64,000 bases of DNA. Origin: Nitrospirota bacterium. GTDB lineage: Bacteria; Nitrospirota; Thermodesulfovibrionia; UBA6902; DSMQ01. Every line of letters starts with the position of its first letter. Within the stretch, counting starts at the first letter, position 1. The DNA lies in NCBI GenBank assembly GCA_016208965.1, contig JACQXB010000037.1, forward strand, positions 110 through 64,109, in the 5' to 3' direction. The translations under genes and the position numbers were made by a program. Positions 53,589 through 64,000 of this stretch are shown one piece after another. Under the pieces are notes generated by a model. That model made no database searches. It had not been told where the DNA came from and saw only the letters and a list, made by a program, of their open reading frames with translations.

Positions 53589-54560
53589 TCAAATATTCTT
53601 TTCATTTGACATGAACCAGTCAGCTGTCATTCTAAGCCCCTGCTCCATTGTGTAAGGCGGAGTCCAGTTTAACTCTCTGCGTATTTTATCGCTGTCAATC
53701 TGTAAAGAGCCTGTTAATCGCTCAATCTCATCACTTTTGCCGGTAACTTTTCCTATCATTTTCAAGAGAGACGCCGGACAGGGGAACAATCTCGCTTTTT
53801 TTCCCATTGCCCCGGCTATCATCCTTATTAAATCAGGCGTAGAAACATCCTCACCATCACTCACTAAAAATGTCTGATTAGCGGCAGCCGGATGCTCAAT
53901 ACACCTTATTATTGCATCTACAAGATTGCCTATATAAATCATGCTTCTCTTATTATTTACCAAAGATAGAGGCAAAGGGATATCTTTATTTACTATATCA
54001 AGCAAACGCAGGAAATTTGCTTTAACTCCTGGACCATAAACTAATGGTAGTCTGAAGATAACTATTTCCATGCCGGTATTCTCAGCAATTTTATGCAGTA
54101 CCTGCTCTGCCTCCCATTTACTAACACCGTAAGGGCCTTTCGGTGCCGGGATATCGTGTTCAGTAAAGGTTTTTTCGCAACCATCCCCGTTGACCTTGAC
54201 GGAACTTATATATACAAAGCGTTTTACACCATTGGTTACTGCCATCCTTGCCAGCCGTTTAGTTCCGGCTACATTAACCTTCCTAAATTCTGCAAAAGGG
54301 TCGGAAGTGTTTTCATTCATAACATGGACAAGTGCTGCCAAGTGGACAACGGAATCCACTCCAGCCAGTGTATCTGACCAATCGGTATCAGTCACAATTG
54401 ATTCTATCTTTATTATCTCAATGCCTACCGACAAACTATCTACCTGTTTTGTTGAACGAATAACACCTCGTACTTGCCACCCTTCAAGCAGTAATCTAGC
54501 ACAAACTGCCCGACCAATAAACCCATTAGCTCCTGTTATTAAAATATTATTTGCCATCAC
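53589..54560 (-). CDS. NAD-dependent sugar epimerase/dehydratase (SDR family)
   Basis: ILITGANGFIGRAV, YGVSKWEAE (YxxxK). Confidence 0.88.
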   Translation of the reverse strand: MMANNILITGANGFIGRAVCARLLLEGWQVRGVIRSTKQVDSLSVGIEIIKIESIVTDTDWSDTLAGVDSVVHLAALVHVMNENTSDPFAEFRKVNVAGTKRLARMAVTNGVKRFVYISSVKVNGDGCEKTFTEHDIPAPKGPYGVSKWEAEQVLHKIAENTGMEIVIFRLPLVYGPGVKANFLRLLDIVNKDIPLPLSLVNNKRSMIYIGNLVDAIIRCIEHPAAANQTFLVSDGEDVSTPDLIRMIAGAMGKKARLFPCPASLLKMIGKVTGKSDEIERLTGSLQIDSDKIRRELNWTPPYTMEQGLRMTADWFMSNEKNI

Positions 54561-54612
54561 ATCTGTCCAAAATAAATTTTCAAAAAATAAAAAAATGATA
54601 CTGTTACTAATA

Positions 54613-54725
54613 CTTCCCCCCTTTGTAAAAGGGGGGCGAGGGGGGATTTTATGGATAAATGCTTCTGCTTAGAGTTTTTTTATTTATAAAAATCTCCCCT
54701 CGCCCTCTTTGCTAAAGAGGGGAAC
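54613..54725. repeat. Two partial PPFxKGG-type palindromic elements
   Basis: cttcccccctttgtaaaaggggggcgaggggggatttt (54613-50) and aaaatctcccctcgccctctttgctaaagaggggaac (54688-725). Confidence 0.75.
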
Positions 54726-54809
54726 ATAAAAAAAAAGGTGCAACCTGATTTTAAAAATATTGATTTACCCGTCTAAAACCCTTATGTTATAAGGGTAAGT
54801 TTTGTGGTT

Positions 54810-55946
54810 TTAAATTATCTTGGACAGCAGTGATTTGCCATGCCTTTTAAGTATTTCTCTATATGCCAAAAGGTATCTTTGGCCAATTAATTCGGAATTA
54901 AATACTTTTTCAAACCGGTTTCTTGCATTTTGTCCATATTCTTTACATATTTCATCATTATCCGATAGTAGAATTAATGCATGTCTCAATTGTTCAATAT
55001 TCTTAGGAGGTATTACTATTCCTGTTTCACCATGTTTATTAATAAAAGAGGTTCCTGTACCCAATTCAGTTGAAATCATGGGTTTTGCAAATAAAGAAGC
55101 CTCCAAGAGGGACATCCCAAAAGCTTCCGACCTTTCACAAGATGGGAAAACAAAAGCCCTGCATAATTTGTAGAAAGCTGGCAAATATACATCATCTTGG
55201 TAACCAGCAAATACGACATTATTTAAATCAAGAGATTTTGCTTTAGCTCTTAGTCGTTTTTCTTCGCTGCCTTTACCAACGACAATAAGTTTCCTATTTA
55301 CACTCTTCATTGCCTCTAACAAATAATCTAAGCCTTTATAATATCTGAGTTGACCAACAAAAAGAAAAAAATCTTTGCCATACTCTTTTTTTATTTCATT
55401 TAAAGCATCATCAGATTCCTCAAATCTTTGCGAATCAATAGTTAAAGGAATGATTTTGCATTTTTTCCTAAATGGTTTTAAATCTAAACTTGTATCCAAA
55501 TATTGTTCGCTTGTAGCAATTATCAAATCAACTTTCCTGAGAAACATTTTCAAAAAAGGATTATAAAATTTCTTAAATATTTTTTGCTTTACAATATCTG
55601 AATGATAGGTAACCAACGACGGCTTTGAAGGATCGCAAAGCAGAAAATTTATTTCTCCAAAAGGCCAAGGAAAATGGAAATGAAGAATATCTGCATGAGC
55701 TATATTTTTTTTGAAATTATATAAAAAGCTAAGCGACATTGGAGTTGACTTTACATCAAAAGATGTCTTACATCGTATAATCTTAGCTTCTGGGAATTCA
55801 ATAACAGCCGGATCGTGTGTTGATACGGTTAATAACGTATTTTCTACGCCATGATTGGTTGTATATCTTGAAATTTGCCGTATTGCTTCTTCTAGGCCAC
55901 CTTGTGTGTCAGGAAAATATGTTTTATATATGTGTATAACTTTCAT
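54810..55946 (-). CDS. Glycosyltransferase family 4
   Basis: MKVIHIYKTYFPDTQGGLE, C-terminal ERSEAFGMSLLEASLFAKPMISTELGTG. Confidence 0.85.
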   Translation of the reverse strand: MKVIHIYKTYFPDTQGGLEEAIRQISRYTTNHGVENTLLTVSTHDPAVIEFPEAKIIRCKTSFDVKSTPMSLSFLYNFKKNIAHADILHFHFPWPFGEINFLLCDPSKPSLVTYHSDIVKQKIFKKFYNPFLKMFLRKVDLIIATSEQYLDTSLDLKPFRKKCKIIPLTIDSQRFEESDDALNEIKKEYGKDFFLFVGQLRYYKGLDYLLEAMKSVNRKLIVVGKGSEEKRLRAKAKSLDLNNVVFAGYQDDVYLPAFYKLCRAFVFPSCERSEAFGMSLLEASLFAKPMISTELGTGTSFINKHGETGIVIPPKNIEQLRHALILLSDNDEICKEYGQNARNRFEKVFNSELIGQRYLLAYREILKRHGKSLLSKII

Positions 55947-55970
55947 GGTTTAACCTTGCTGGATGGGGAC

Positions 55971-57068
55971 TTAATTTTTTTCTTTTTGTTTCAACATTTT
56001 ATCAGCAAGGTCAATAAGTTGTATCGCACTTTTCTGCCATGTAAATTGCTGTGCATGTTTTAACCCTTCATTCCTTAACCGCTCCCTCAATAAAGGATTA
56101 TCTATTACCTGTTTTATTTTTTCTGCTATATCAACGGAATTATAAGGGTCACAATAAATCACTGCATTGCCGCAGACTTCAGGCAACGAGGCCACATGTG
56201 AAACAATAACAGGGCAACCACAGGCCATTGCTTCAAGAGGGGGGAGCCCAAATCCTTCATAAAACGAAGGAAACACCAAACAGAGAGCATTCTCATAAAG
56301 AGCACGCGCCTCTCCATCACTGATATGCCCGATATGTTTTACAGATGGAGAAAATGGAATGTATTTTTTTTGGAAGACACGCGAATTACTACCACCAACT
56401 ATAATCGCTGCAATCTCTATACCTCTGAGATATTCCAATGCGCTAATAAAGCCTGCAAAATTTTTATTTGCATTCATGCTTCCCAGCATTAAAAGATAAG
56501 GTTTCCGTCTGTTGATGTTATATCGCTCAAATACAGTATCATCAGATTTTACATGAATAATATGTTCATGTCCTCCACTGATAATACTAAAAGCATCCGC
56601 AGGAATGTTGCAATAGTATGCCAATCTGTTTCTGGAAAAATCAGACTCGGTAATTAAATTCCTTGCTCTACGACCCCATATACGGAAAGCGTTTTGATAA
56701 AAAAAAACAAAAAACTTGGAATAGGCTGATGGCATATCAAAAACAGATGCATCATGCATTGTTACTACATGGTTTTTTTTGAACAAAGGGGCTGAAAAAA
56801 AATTAATGAGCGGTCCAGTTCCCACATAGATAGGAAGTTCAATTTGTTCCCATAGATGTCCGGATAGGTAGCCGATTTTTTTGTGCTCTATATTTTGCAA
56901 TTTCAGATTATGCATTGTTTTTCTCGGAGAAAGTAGAACAAACCGATAATCGCAGATGCGTGTGCCTATGGCTTTATCCAGAGCTTTCACTAATTCCAAT
57001 GCAAATCTTTGTACGCCGGAGATTTGCTGTGTCAGGAAACGACCATTGAGGAAAACCATTTTATACAT
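55971..57068 (-). CDS. Glycosyltransferase family 4
   Basis: [11 protein letters not shown]-terminus, [30 protein letters not shown]. Confidence 0.85.
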   Translation of the reverse strand: MYKMVFLNGRFLTQQISGVQRFALELVKALDKAIGTRICDYRFVLLSPRKTMHNLKLQNIEHKKIGYLSGHLWEQIELPIYVGTGPLINFFSAPLFKKNHVVTMHDASVFDMPSAYSKFFVFFYQNAFRIWGRRARNLITESDFSRNRLAYYCNIPADAFSIISGGHEHIIHVKSDDTVFERYNINRRKPYLLMLGSMNANKNFAGFISALEYLRGIEIAAIIVGGSNSRVFQKKYIPFSPSVKHIGHISDGEARALYENALCLVFPSFYEGFGLPPLEAMACGCPVIVSHVASLPEVCGNAVIYCDPYNSVDIAEKIKQVIDNPLLRERLRNEGLKHAQQFTWQKSAIQLIDLADKMLKQKEKN

Positions 57069-57286
57069 AAGCTATTCTGATTATTCTTGTTTTAAGGTAA
57101 CCCTATCTGTTTCCTAAGTACCTATCCAATTCCATAAGGTTTAACCTATATATTCTCAGAAATTATTATAATAAAACTTATTGCAGGATGTAACTCTTTA
57201 AGTTGTTTTGGTATCTCAACTGCATATCGCTGAACACCTGTTCTTTATAATTAAAAAACGAGCATTCACTAATATCTTTATGTCTT

Positions 57287-58396
57287 TTAGCTGCACAGGA
57301 GCTTTTTATAAACTTCAAAAGTGGCAGATGCCATTATCTTTTGAGTATAGTTGTTCAGAACTCTTTCTCTGCCTTTTTTCCCAAGGGATTCCCTTAAGTC
57401 TTTATCGTTTAGCAGCATCTGTAGCTTTCCGGTCAGATCAGCAGTGTCTCCTTCACGGAAGACAAGACCGGCATCTCCAATAACATTAGGTATTTCCCCA
57501 GAACTAGAACCGATTACAGGCACTTCACATGCCATTGCCTCAATCAGAACCCTTCCAAATTGCTCCTTCCAGTTACTTTTTGTTAGAGATGGTAAAACAA
57601 GGCAGTCAAAACAGTTTAAGTACTGGGGGACATCAATAGAAGGAACCTGGTCAATAATTTTAACCCTTTCCAGAAGTCCGAGTTTATGGGCTCTACTCAG
57701 AATATCTCCCCTTAATGTCCCGCTGCCAATAAACAATAGGGTAAATTCACTTTCTAATTTCGCCACAGCATCAACAAGGCATAAAACACCTTTCTCTTCA
57801 ACCAGCCTTCCCATAAATCCTATAATAAAGGTATTATTTTTAATGTCTATCTGACTTTTTAGATCAGAAGATTCCATTTTCTGAAACATTTTTGGATCTA
57901 CGCCAAACTGAGGGATTACCGCCACCTCTTTGACAAATCCTTTTTTTGCAAGGACTTCTTTAGCCTCAATGTTTCCTGCTATTGCAACATCTGCATTTCT
58001 AAAATTATAGCTTTCAATCCATGAAAAAGGAAACGGGTATCTTTTATAAATATTTTGCCATGTAAAAAAGAGTGTTTTTGCTCCTGCTGCCTTTGCCAGC
58101 CTCATAGCCTGAAAAGTTACTATAGTATAGTGCTCTTCATCAATATGCACTATATCAGGTTTTACAGTATTTATTATACTGAAAAGTCCTCTATAAAAAT
58201 GAAAATGATTTTTACCATTAAAAAATACTTTCATTGGATAGATTTTATATTCGTTGCCTCCAGAGACCTCAAGTTTTTGTCTTCCCCATGATGTAGGAAT
58301 GACAAGATGCAAATCTATACCTAATCTATCAAGTTCATCTAACTTTTTGTGATATGCTCCAACTACCAATGCCTTTGATATCATTAAGAGCTTCAT
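57287..58396 (-). CDS. Glycosyltransferase family 4
   Basis: FMGRLVEEKG, WKEQFGRVLIEAMACEVPVIGSSSGEIPNV. Confidence 0.85.
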   Translation of the reverse strand: MKLLMISKALVVGAYHKKLDELDRLGIDLHLVIPTSWGRQKLEVSGGNEYKIYPMKVFFNGKNHFHFYRGLFSIINTVKPDIVHIDEEHYTIVTFQAMRLAKAAGAKTLFFTWQNIYKRYPFPFSWIESYNFRNADVAIAGNIEAKEVLAKKGFVKEVAVIPQFGVDPKMFQKMESSDLKSQIDIKNNTFIIGFMGRLVEEKGVLCLVDAVAKLESEFTLLFIGSGTLRGDILSRAHKLGLLERVKIIDQVPSIDVPQYLNCFDCLVLPSLTKSNWKEQFGRVLIEAMACEVPVIGSSSGEIPNVIGDAGLVFREGDTADLTGKLQMLLNDKDLRESLGKKGRERVLNNYTQKIMASATFEVYKKLLCS

Positions 58397-58398
58397 AT

Positions 58399-59826
58399 TT
58401 ATCGTAGCTTTATCAGGGACTTAACCGTAATAATATCTTCATGGCTAAAGGTCTTCATCAGGACCAGAATGACAAAATAAAAGATAAAACCTGTAAGAAC
58501 TATAAAAAACAGATTTGCATCCCTTATATACCCCACAAAACCTCCAAGAAATAAACTCCCAAATAATGGTTTTAACACCATCCTTTGAAGTGGTAATTTA
58601 TACAGTGAAGATGAAACAAAGACAAAATTTAACACAAAAAGGATGGTTTGGCTTACCAAAAAGGCGATACCGGCACCGTTATAACCACGTGAGGGGATTA
58701 ATATAAGGTTTAGGATTACATTAACCATCGCGCTGACCCCAAAGCTAATAATATTGAGTTTCTGTCTACCTGCTGAGATGATAAGATAGCTTAACAGTAT
58801 ATTTAAAGAGATAAATAAATATGCCCAGATAAGTATCCCTAATAGTATTGCGGAATCCATAAACTCCTTGCCAAAAATAATTACTACAAACTTATCTGCA
58901 AGGACAGTAGTTACTGCAACCACCGGGAGTATTAGGATCAGGAGCAACTTAAAGGCTACTTCATATGCCTTAAACAGGGAAACACTTGAAGATTGGTGAA
59001 ATCTGGTAAGAGCAGGAAAAAGGGCAGCCAAAAAAAAGGTCGGAAAGACACTTAATGCCTCAATAAGCCTATGGGGTGCACTATACAAGCCAACTGCCAA
59101 GTCACCTTTGAGGACAGAAAGAATAATAGTGCCTGCCTTCAGGTAAATAGTGGTAAATAGCATCATCAGCCCGATAGGAATGGCTTCCTTGAATAAGTGC
59201 CTCCAGAGAGGAATATCAATCTTAAGCCGTGGGGTAGAAAACCGCCTAAAGACTAAAAAAGCTGATGGGATAGCGGTTAAGAGATTTGCTATCAGGATAG
59301 CTATAGCAAAGTCCACAAGCCCATAACCCAGATAAAGGGCAGTTATACCGGAGGTAACAATAGCCAATCGGTTAACGGACATGATAAGTGCCTCATACGC
59401 CATCCTTTCAAATGCCCTGAAGACACAATTGAACAAGTCTAAATAGGATGTGCCCATCACGAAAATACCCATTATGTAAACTAACTTCTTAGTTTCAGGG
59501 GGATAGTCCATTAAATTTATAGTTATAAAGAGGATGGAAAAGGTAGATAAGGCTAAAATGGATTTAATGATAAGGAGATTTCCAAGCAGTTTACCTGTCT
59601 TCTCTTTTTCCTTTACGGCCTCCCTTATAAAGAGTGTGTGTAGTCCTATATCGGTGAGTATCGCAAAGAATCCAGCAAAGGAGAAGGCAAAGGAGTATTT
59701 TCCGAAATCTACACTCCCCAGATGCCTTACCACATAGATAAGGAATATTGCGGAGAGGGCAAGATTTAATATCTCCGCCCCTGTTCTAACTACAGTATTT
59801 TTAGCTATCATTCTGACGGTATTCAT
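58399..59826 (-). CDS. wzx: Polysaccharide flippase (Wzx, MOP superfamily)
   Basis: 475 aa with ~12-14 TM segments. N-terminal KNTVVRTGAEILNLALSAIFLIYVVRHLG pattern typical of Wzx/PST proteins. Confidence 0.8.
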   Translation of the reverse strand: MNTVRMIAKNTVVRTGAEILNLALSAIFLIYVVRHLGSVDFGKYSFAFSFAGFFAILTDIGLHTLFIREAVKEKEKTGKLLGNLLIIKSILALSTFSILFITINLMDYPPETKKLVYIMGIFVMGTSYLDLFNCVFRAFERMAYEALIMSVNRLAIVTSGITALYLGYGLVDFAIAILIANLLTAIPSAFLVFRRFSTPRLKIDIPLWRHLFKEAIPIGLMMLFTTIYLKAGTIILSVLKGDLAVGLYSAPHRLIEALSVFPTFFLAALFPALTRFHQSSSVSLFKAYEVAFKLLLILILPVVAVTTVLADKFVVIIFGKEFMDSAILLGILIWAYLFISLNILLSYLIISAGRQKLNIISFGVSAMVNVILNLILIPSRGYNGAGIAFLVSQTILFVLNFVFVSSSLYKLPLQRMVLKPLFGSLFLGGFVGYIRDANLFFIVLTGFIFYFVILVLMKTFSHEDIITVKSLIKLR

Positions 59827-61385
59827 CTTCTACTGGTAAACACAAGAATACCATCCTTATCAAAGATAACCTTAAACTCTGGATTATCTTTGAGTTCCTG
59901 TAATTTCTGCTGATACCCGACCTCATCACGGCTATCAGATAGATACTGACCCCTCGTATTATCCAGTATTATATAATCAGCCTTCTGCCACCCTTTAGGA
60001 AAGGGTCTGTAGAAATACCTGTGGGCAAGTCTCTTATGATAAATCTCACTGTGTGTTACAACCTTTATCTGAGGGTCATCAGGGATTAAATTTATCGCAT
60101 CCTCAAGAATCTTTTCATGTTCACTTTTGACATACATAGAATAGTGCCATTTACCACGGGACCAATCCTTATCCCAGAAGGCAATGGCAAAGGGGGATGG
60201 AGTATGGGCTATATTGAAGGCAAGTAGGAGAACCCCTATCCATGAAAGAATGGCTACCATTAGCCTCTCTCCAAACCTATCATACAGGTATGCAATTCCA
60301 GATATTAATGCAACAAAGACAGGTGGGATTATCCCTGCTGTGTAGTGGCTTGCAACATTCTGGTGGTGGATATTAGTAGAAATGATATGGATTATAAGTA
60401 GAGGTAGTGCAGGAAGAAACACCTTAAATTTCAAAAGGGGAAGGAAAAGCAAAGGAAAGAGTAAAAAGAAGGGAAATCTCCATTTCTCAAATCGTAGCAC
60501 TTCCTGAATGGAAGGGAAAAGTACTTCTGGTTCAAAGATGTAACCAAAGGAATCACTCCTTGATATAGCCTCACCGGGTGTAATAGCAAAGGTAACTATA
60601 TAAAAAACCACAAGTGATATAAAGAATACCACAAAGCCAAAAACATACTTTCTCTTCACCCCCGCTATATAAAGCCCCATAAAAGCAATAGTAAGTATTA
60701 GAGGCTCCTTGAGCGTATATCCTATAACAAACAGTAGAATTGTCCCGATATATTTTTCTTTCTCTATAAGATAATAGCACCAAAAAAGAATCGGGATAAT
60801 AAGATGGTCAGGGTGAAAATCCACTGCAATATTGAACTGTGTAGCTGGATAGAGGAGATATATCAGCAATACTGATAAAATAAGGAGGTGGCTTCTTATT
60901 TTATTTTTTGCTATTAGGTATAGGGGAATTATGCCTGAGAAGACAGTAACTGCCTGCAGAATGTTTAATATTACAGGCTCTATACCAAAGTCATAAAGAA
61001 TGGAATAGATAACCAGAATAGGCTGAAAATGCCCCATTACTGCAGATTCAATCTTCTCATGCCACTCTATCCATGAAATATCATGTATCTGCCAGATTCT
61101 AAAATCATATATCCCGAAGTCAAAAAGACCTATATGATAGCTGGAGTATCTCAGGATAACAGTTGACAAAAAAAATAAGGAATAGATTCCGATAGCAAAA
61201 AAGAGTATCTGGTTTAAATGCCCCTTTACATAAGTTTCTAATCTCTCAAAAAAATTGCTGGAATAGTTTCTATATATCAGTAAGAAAAAAAGAGCCCCTA
61301 TAAAGAACCCTGCTGCTGGGATTATTATATAGCGTATGACAGCAATATTATCACTACTCATCGTTCCCTGTATTGTGTTTACCAT
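59823..61385 (-). CDS. Polytopic membrane protein, DUF2079-like (GT-C-like candidate)
   Basis: 520 aa with ~12 TM segments, MGHFQPI and VDFHPDH motifs, and a soluble C-terminal ~120 aa. The family assignment is from memory only. Confidence 0.5.
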   Translation of the reverse strand: MVNTIQGTMSSDNIAVIRYIIIPAAGFFIGALFFLLIYRNYSSNFFERLETYVKGHLNQILFFAIGIYSLFFLSTVILRYSSYHIGLFDFGIYDFRIWQIHDISWIEWHEKIESAVMGHFQPILVIYSILYDFGIEPVILNILQAVTVFSGIIPLYLIAKNKIRSHLLILSVLLIYLLYPATQFNIAVDFHPDHLIIPILFWCYYLIEKEKYIGTILLFVIGYTLKEPLILTIAFMGLYIAGVKRKYVFGFVVFFISLVVFYIVTFAITPGEAISRSDSFGYIFEPEVLFPSIQEVLRFEKWRFPFFLLFPLLFLPLLKFKVFLPALPLLIIHIISTNIHHQNVASHYTAGIIPPVFVALISGIAYLYDRFGERLMVAILSWIGVLLLAFNIAHTPSPFAIAFWDKDWSRGKWHYSMYVKSEHEKILEDAINLIPDDPQIKVVTHSEIYHKRLAHRYFYRPFPKGWQKADYIILDNTRGQYLSDSRDEVGYQQKLQELKDNPEFKVIFDKDGILVFTSRR

Positions 61386-62124
61386 ATTTAATCATCTGAT
61401 ACAATTCTATTCCTACTCCCACAACCAATGAGAAATATGCAATGTTGGCCAATTGTTCCGCTGCCTTTTCTACCTTAAAGATTAAGAGCAATGCACATAT
61501 GATCAATAAAGCCATAAAAGCAATAATAAAGGGGGCAGAAGGTTTCTCTTTGACATAGGACTGTACTTTGGGAAGATTGTTCATTAAAAATCTATAAATT
61601 ATTGGTGGCAGCCAGTCCTGAATCCTGGAGGTTAGAGGCTGGAGGTTAGAGGCAAGGTTTTCAAAATAGAAAAGTCTGCTTAATCCTAAAAGGATAGTCA
61701 AAAGTATTACAGAATAAAGTACCGATAGATTAAGAGGAATGAGTATATCCCTTCCTTTTGAAAAGAAAAATACATTTATCAATACCCCATAAAGGGTAAG
61801 CATAAATACATATTGACTAATATTCAGAAAGATAGGTTGAGGGTTGAAGGTCTTATTGGTTTCATTGGTTTCATTGGTTCTATTTGTTTCGAATGTTTTT
61901 CTAAGTCTGATAAAAATAAAATATAAACTTGAAAACAATAGTATAGCCCATGGGAAAATGGCTTTAATAGAATCTTTCACCTCCCTGCTAAGCGGCTCAA
62001 TCTCACGCATGAACTCTTTATATGAATTATAGCCTAATGCAAGGGCAGCCCATAAAATAAGTGCATGGAGAATAACACCAAAAAATAGTTTTTTATAAAT
62101 TAACTTTTTATATTCCGATTCCAA
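61354..62124 (-). CDS. Membrane protein, unknown function, with an in-frame 9-nt tandem repeat
   Basis: 256 aa with ~6 TM segments. TTG start directly abuts the upstream stop. TNRTNETNETNKT is encoded by tattggtttcattggtttcattggttc (61851-61880). Confidence 0.55.
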   Translation of the reverse strand: MESEYKKLIYKKLFFGVILHALILWAALALGYNSYKEFMREIEPLSREVKDSIKAIFPWAILLFSSLYFIFIRLRKTFETNRTNETNETNKTFNPQPIFLNISQYVFMLTLYGVLINVFFFSKGRDILIPLNLSVLYSVILLTILLGLSRLFYFENLASNLQPLTSRIQDWLPPIIYRFLMNNLPKVQSYVKEKPSAPFIIAFMALLIICALLLIFKVEKAAEQLANIAYFSLVVGVGIELYQMIKYGKHNTGNDE

Positions 62125-64000
62125 TTACTTTAAATCCCTTCTTTTGAGCTGCCTTCTTTTCCTGAAATCGTATCCAATGTATCCAACACACCCAAGCAGG
62201 GTAATACCAGAAACAAGCAAACCTATTTCAAACAACCTCTGCGGCTTAAACTCAAGCACAATCTGAAAATCCTCTCCCATTTCTGACTTCTGACTTCTGA
62301 CTTCTGACTTTATCTCAACCATGTCGACCTTGAATCTATCATCCTCAAAAACATTCAAAGCATGTTTACCTTCTTTTAAATAGATATTATTGAATTCTAT
62401 CCAATTGTCTTCTTGGTCTTTTACCTTCGGTAATTTATATATTTCCCCATCTATTTCTAATAAATTATCGCCAACCATGAAATCAGATGGTTTATATATA
62501 TACTCTCTATATCTAATAAGTTTCTTGCTCATAACTGTTTGATATACTATTTCCTTATCATCAGGATGACTCACCCCTATGGACAGGAGATTATAATTCT
62601 GCTTATCAGGAAATTTCTTTTTAACCTCCTCATATGCCCGAACAGTGAGCAGTAAATCGCCGCCGCTCATGCCAGCGGCAGGCACAAACATCTCAACCCT
62701 TTCATCCTCCTTTTCATCCCCGTCAAAATCAAAACCTAACATTACCTTCCATTCCTGTGGAAATTCTGTCCTCCATTTTCCATCCTCAAACATCCATGCT
62801 TCCCTCCTGTCTTCCATTGACGGTTTAGAAAAGTTTAATGACAATACCGGGGTCTCCTTTAAGTCAATAAATCTATTCAGGTGTAATCTGTAAACATCCT
62901 TTATATCCCACGGAATCTGCTCCGGGAAATCCACGCTTCTTAAATCACCATTTGCATCAAAGTAATAGTAGTTATCAGGCAAATAAGCAAACAATCTGTC
63001 TTTAAAATCAGCCAGTATTGGCGGTGTCTTCAAAAAAGCGATGTTTTTAAATTTAAACGGGTAAACATGTCTATCCCCTTCCCATGAGAGGTCAACTCCA
63101 TCTTTCTTTTTAAATTTAAGGCTAATTTCACTAATAGATAGCTTAGGGGCAGTCTCTTTGCCAAATATATCATTAGCCTTTTGATACAGGTTAATAACAT
63201 ATTGTTTATTATCTGCCTTCAGTCTTATCTTTTTTGTCCAGAATAATGAAAACCACTCACTTTCATTAACTAATTCAACATCTATCTCTACCTCCTGAAC
63301 CCCTAAGTCCTCCATCTCACAGGAAAATACCAGATATGGCCTTTCCTTGACGCGTATATCAGGGAATTTTTTAGTTAAAACAACACCTTCTTTCACATCT
63401 CCCTTGTTTTGAAAATATGCATTAATGTGCATACCATCTTCCGAGATATTCTGTTTGTAAGTAGTATTTAATGCCTTAACATCCCAGCCGGAAAAGGCAT
63501 CTAATAAGGCTTCTATACTACTACTACTACTACTAATAAAACCCTTTTCTATAAAATCCCTCTTCGGTTTTACCAGAGCCTTGAGAGAATAATTCCCATC
63601 TTTAGGGATATAGAATCCCTGCTCACCTATCCTGAATGGATTGTCTTTCTTAAATTTAATTTCCTTCAATTTTTCATCATTTTTAAGCATCGCTTCAACT
63701 TTTTCTTTATCTATGTAAAAGAGATAGCCAATATCCTTTGATTTAAGCATGTTCTCATATTCTTTATGCCTTTCTTTTGATACAATCACAAACTCCATTT
63801 CCTGAAATAATTCTTTAAATTTTTCCCTGTTAAAACTTTTAACTTTTAACTTTTCACTTTTAACTTCTATCTTGTGCTGCCCTTGCAACCAATCAAATTC
63901 ACCCACCTTTATCCATTTATCATCTTCCCTTCCTGCCCAACCTTTCAATTCCTCTCCATCAATACTTACCTCTAACCCCAAATCCTTAAACAACCTTGCA
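62125..64000 (-). CDS. Large secreted/membrane-anchored protein, unknown function (partial; frame open to right edge)
   Basis: More than 625 aa, with a single C-terminal TM (FEIGLLVSGITLLGCVGYIGY) followed by a basic tail. It contains two in-frame heptamer arrays (62282-62310, 63829-63866). The reading frame has no stop up to 64000. Confidence 0.6.
   Translation of the reverse strand, partial: ARLFKDLGLEVSIDGEELKGWAGREDDKWIKVGEFDWLQGQHKIEVKSEKLKVKSFNREKFKELFQEMEFVIVSKERHKEYENMLKSKDIGYLFYIDKEKVEAMLKNDEKLKEIKFKKDNPFRIGEQGFYIPKDGNYSLKALVKPKRDFIEKGFISSSSSSIEALLDAFSGWDVKALNTTYKQNISEDGMHINAYFQNKGDVKEGVVLTKKFPDIRVKERPYLVFSCEMEDLGVQEVEIDVELVNESEWFSLFWTKKIRLKADNKQYVINLYQKANDIFGKETAPKLSISEISLKFKKKDGVDLSWEGDRHVYPFKFKNIAFLKTPPILADFKDRLFAYLPDNYYYFDANGDLRSVDFPEQIPWDIKDVYRLHLNRFIDLKETPVLSLNFSKPSMEDRREAWMFEDGKWRTEFPQEWKVMLGFDFDGDEKEDERVEMFVPAAGMSGGDLLLTVRAYEEVKKKFPDKQNYNLLSIGVSHPDDKEIVYQTVMSKKLIRYREYIYKPSDFMVGDNLLEIDGEIYKLPKVKDQEDNWIEFNNIYLKEGKHALNVFEDDRFKVDMVEIKSEVRSQKSEMGEDFQIVLEFKPQRLFEIGLLVSGITLLGCVGYIGYDFRKRRQLKRRDLK

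Overview
The window is an AT-rich bacterial chromosome segment. It is mostly a housekeeping backbone, interrupted by three accessory patches and carrying an unusual load of small repeats.

Backbone, in order: yebC-ruvCAB-queH-spoIID-queA; phoH-HD-ybeY-dgkA; lnt-prfB; rpsF-ssb-rpsR; xerC-hslVU; two M16 peptidases; nadA; trpC-argB-nrdJ; coaD-rsmD; four tRNAs with tadA; ffs-dnaX-ybaB-recR. A roughly 21-kb LPS-core/O-antigen-type polysaccharide locus follows.

Accessory patches:
- 1-2500: visibly more GC-rich. It holds a partial IS630 transposase, a truncated membrane-anchored NB-ARC NTPase and a tyrosine-recombinase remnant.
- 12.4-19.1 kb: an island between tRNA-Phe and lnt. It carries an R-less methyltransferase/specificity operon with two coupled unknown genes, PIN and HepT/MNT toxin-antitoxin modules, and a ~115-160 bp direct repeat.
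- 51.9-53.5 kb: GC-rich AAA ATPase plus a frameshifted four-helix-bundle gene inside the glycan locus.

The most unusual signal is the repeat load:
- At least five families of short palindromic elements recur. Several sit in frame inside essential genes (nrdJ, ybeY, nadA, an M16 peptidase, a heptosyltransferase). This recalls Rickettsia palindromic elements.
- Gene boundaries around the tRNAs, ffs and dnaX carry long imperfect hairpins built from degenerate heptanucleotide 'words'.

Also present: the classic prfB +1 frameshift site, a tadA/tRNA-Ser overlap, and a phoH N-terminal domain with no canonical start codon.

All calls come from reading the sequence and ORF translations. No database searches were run.
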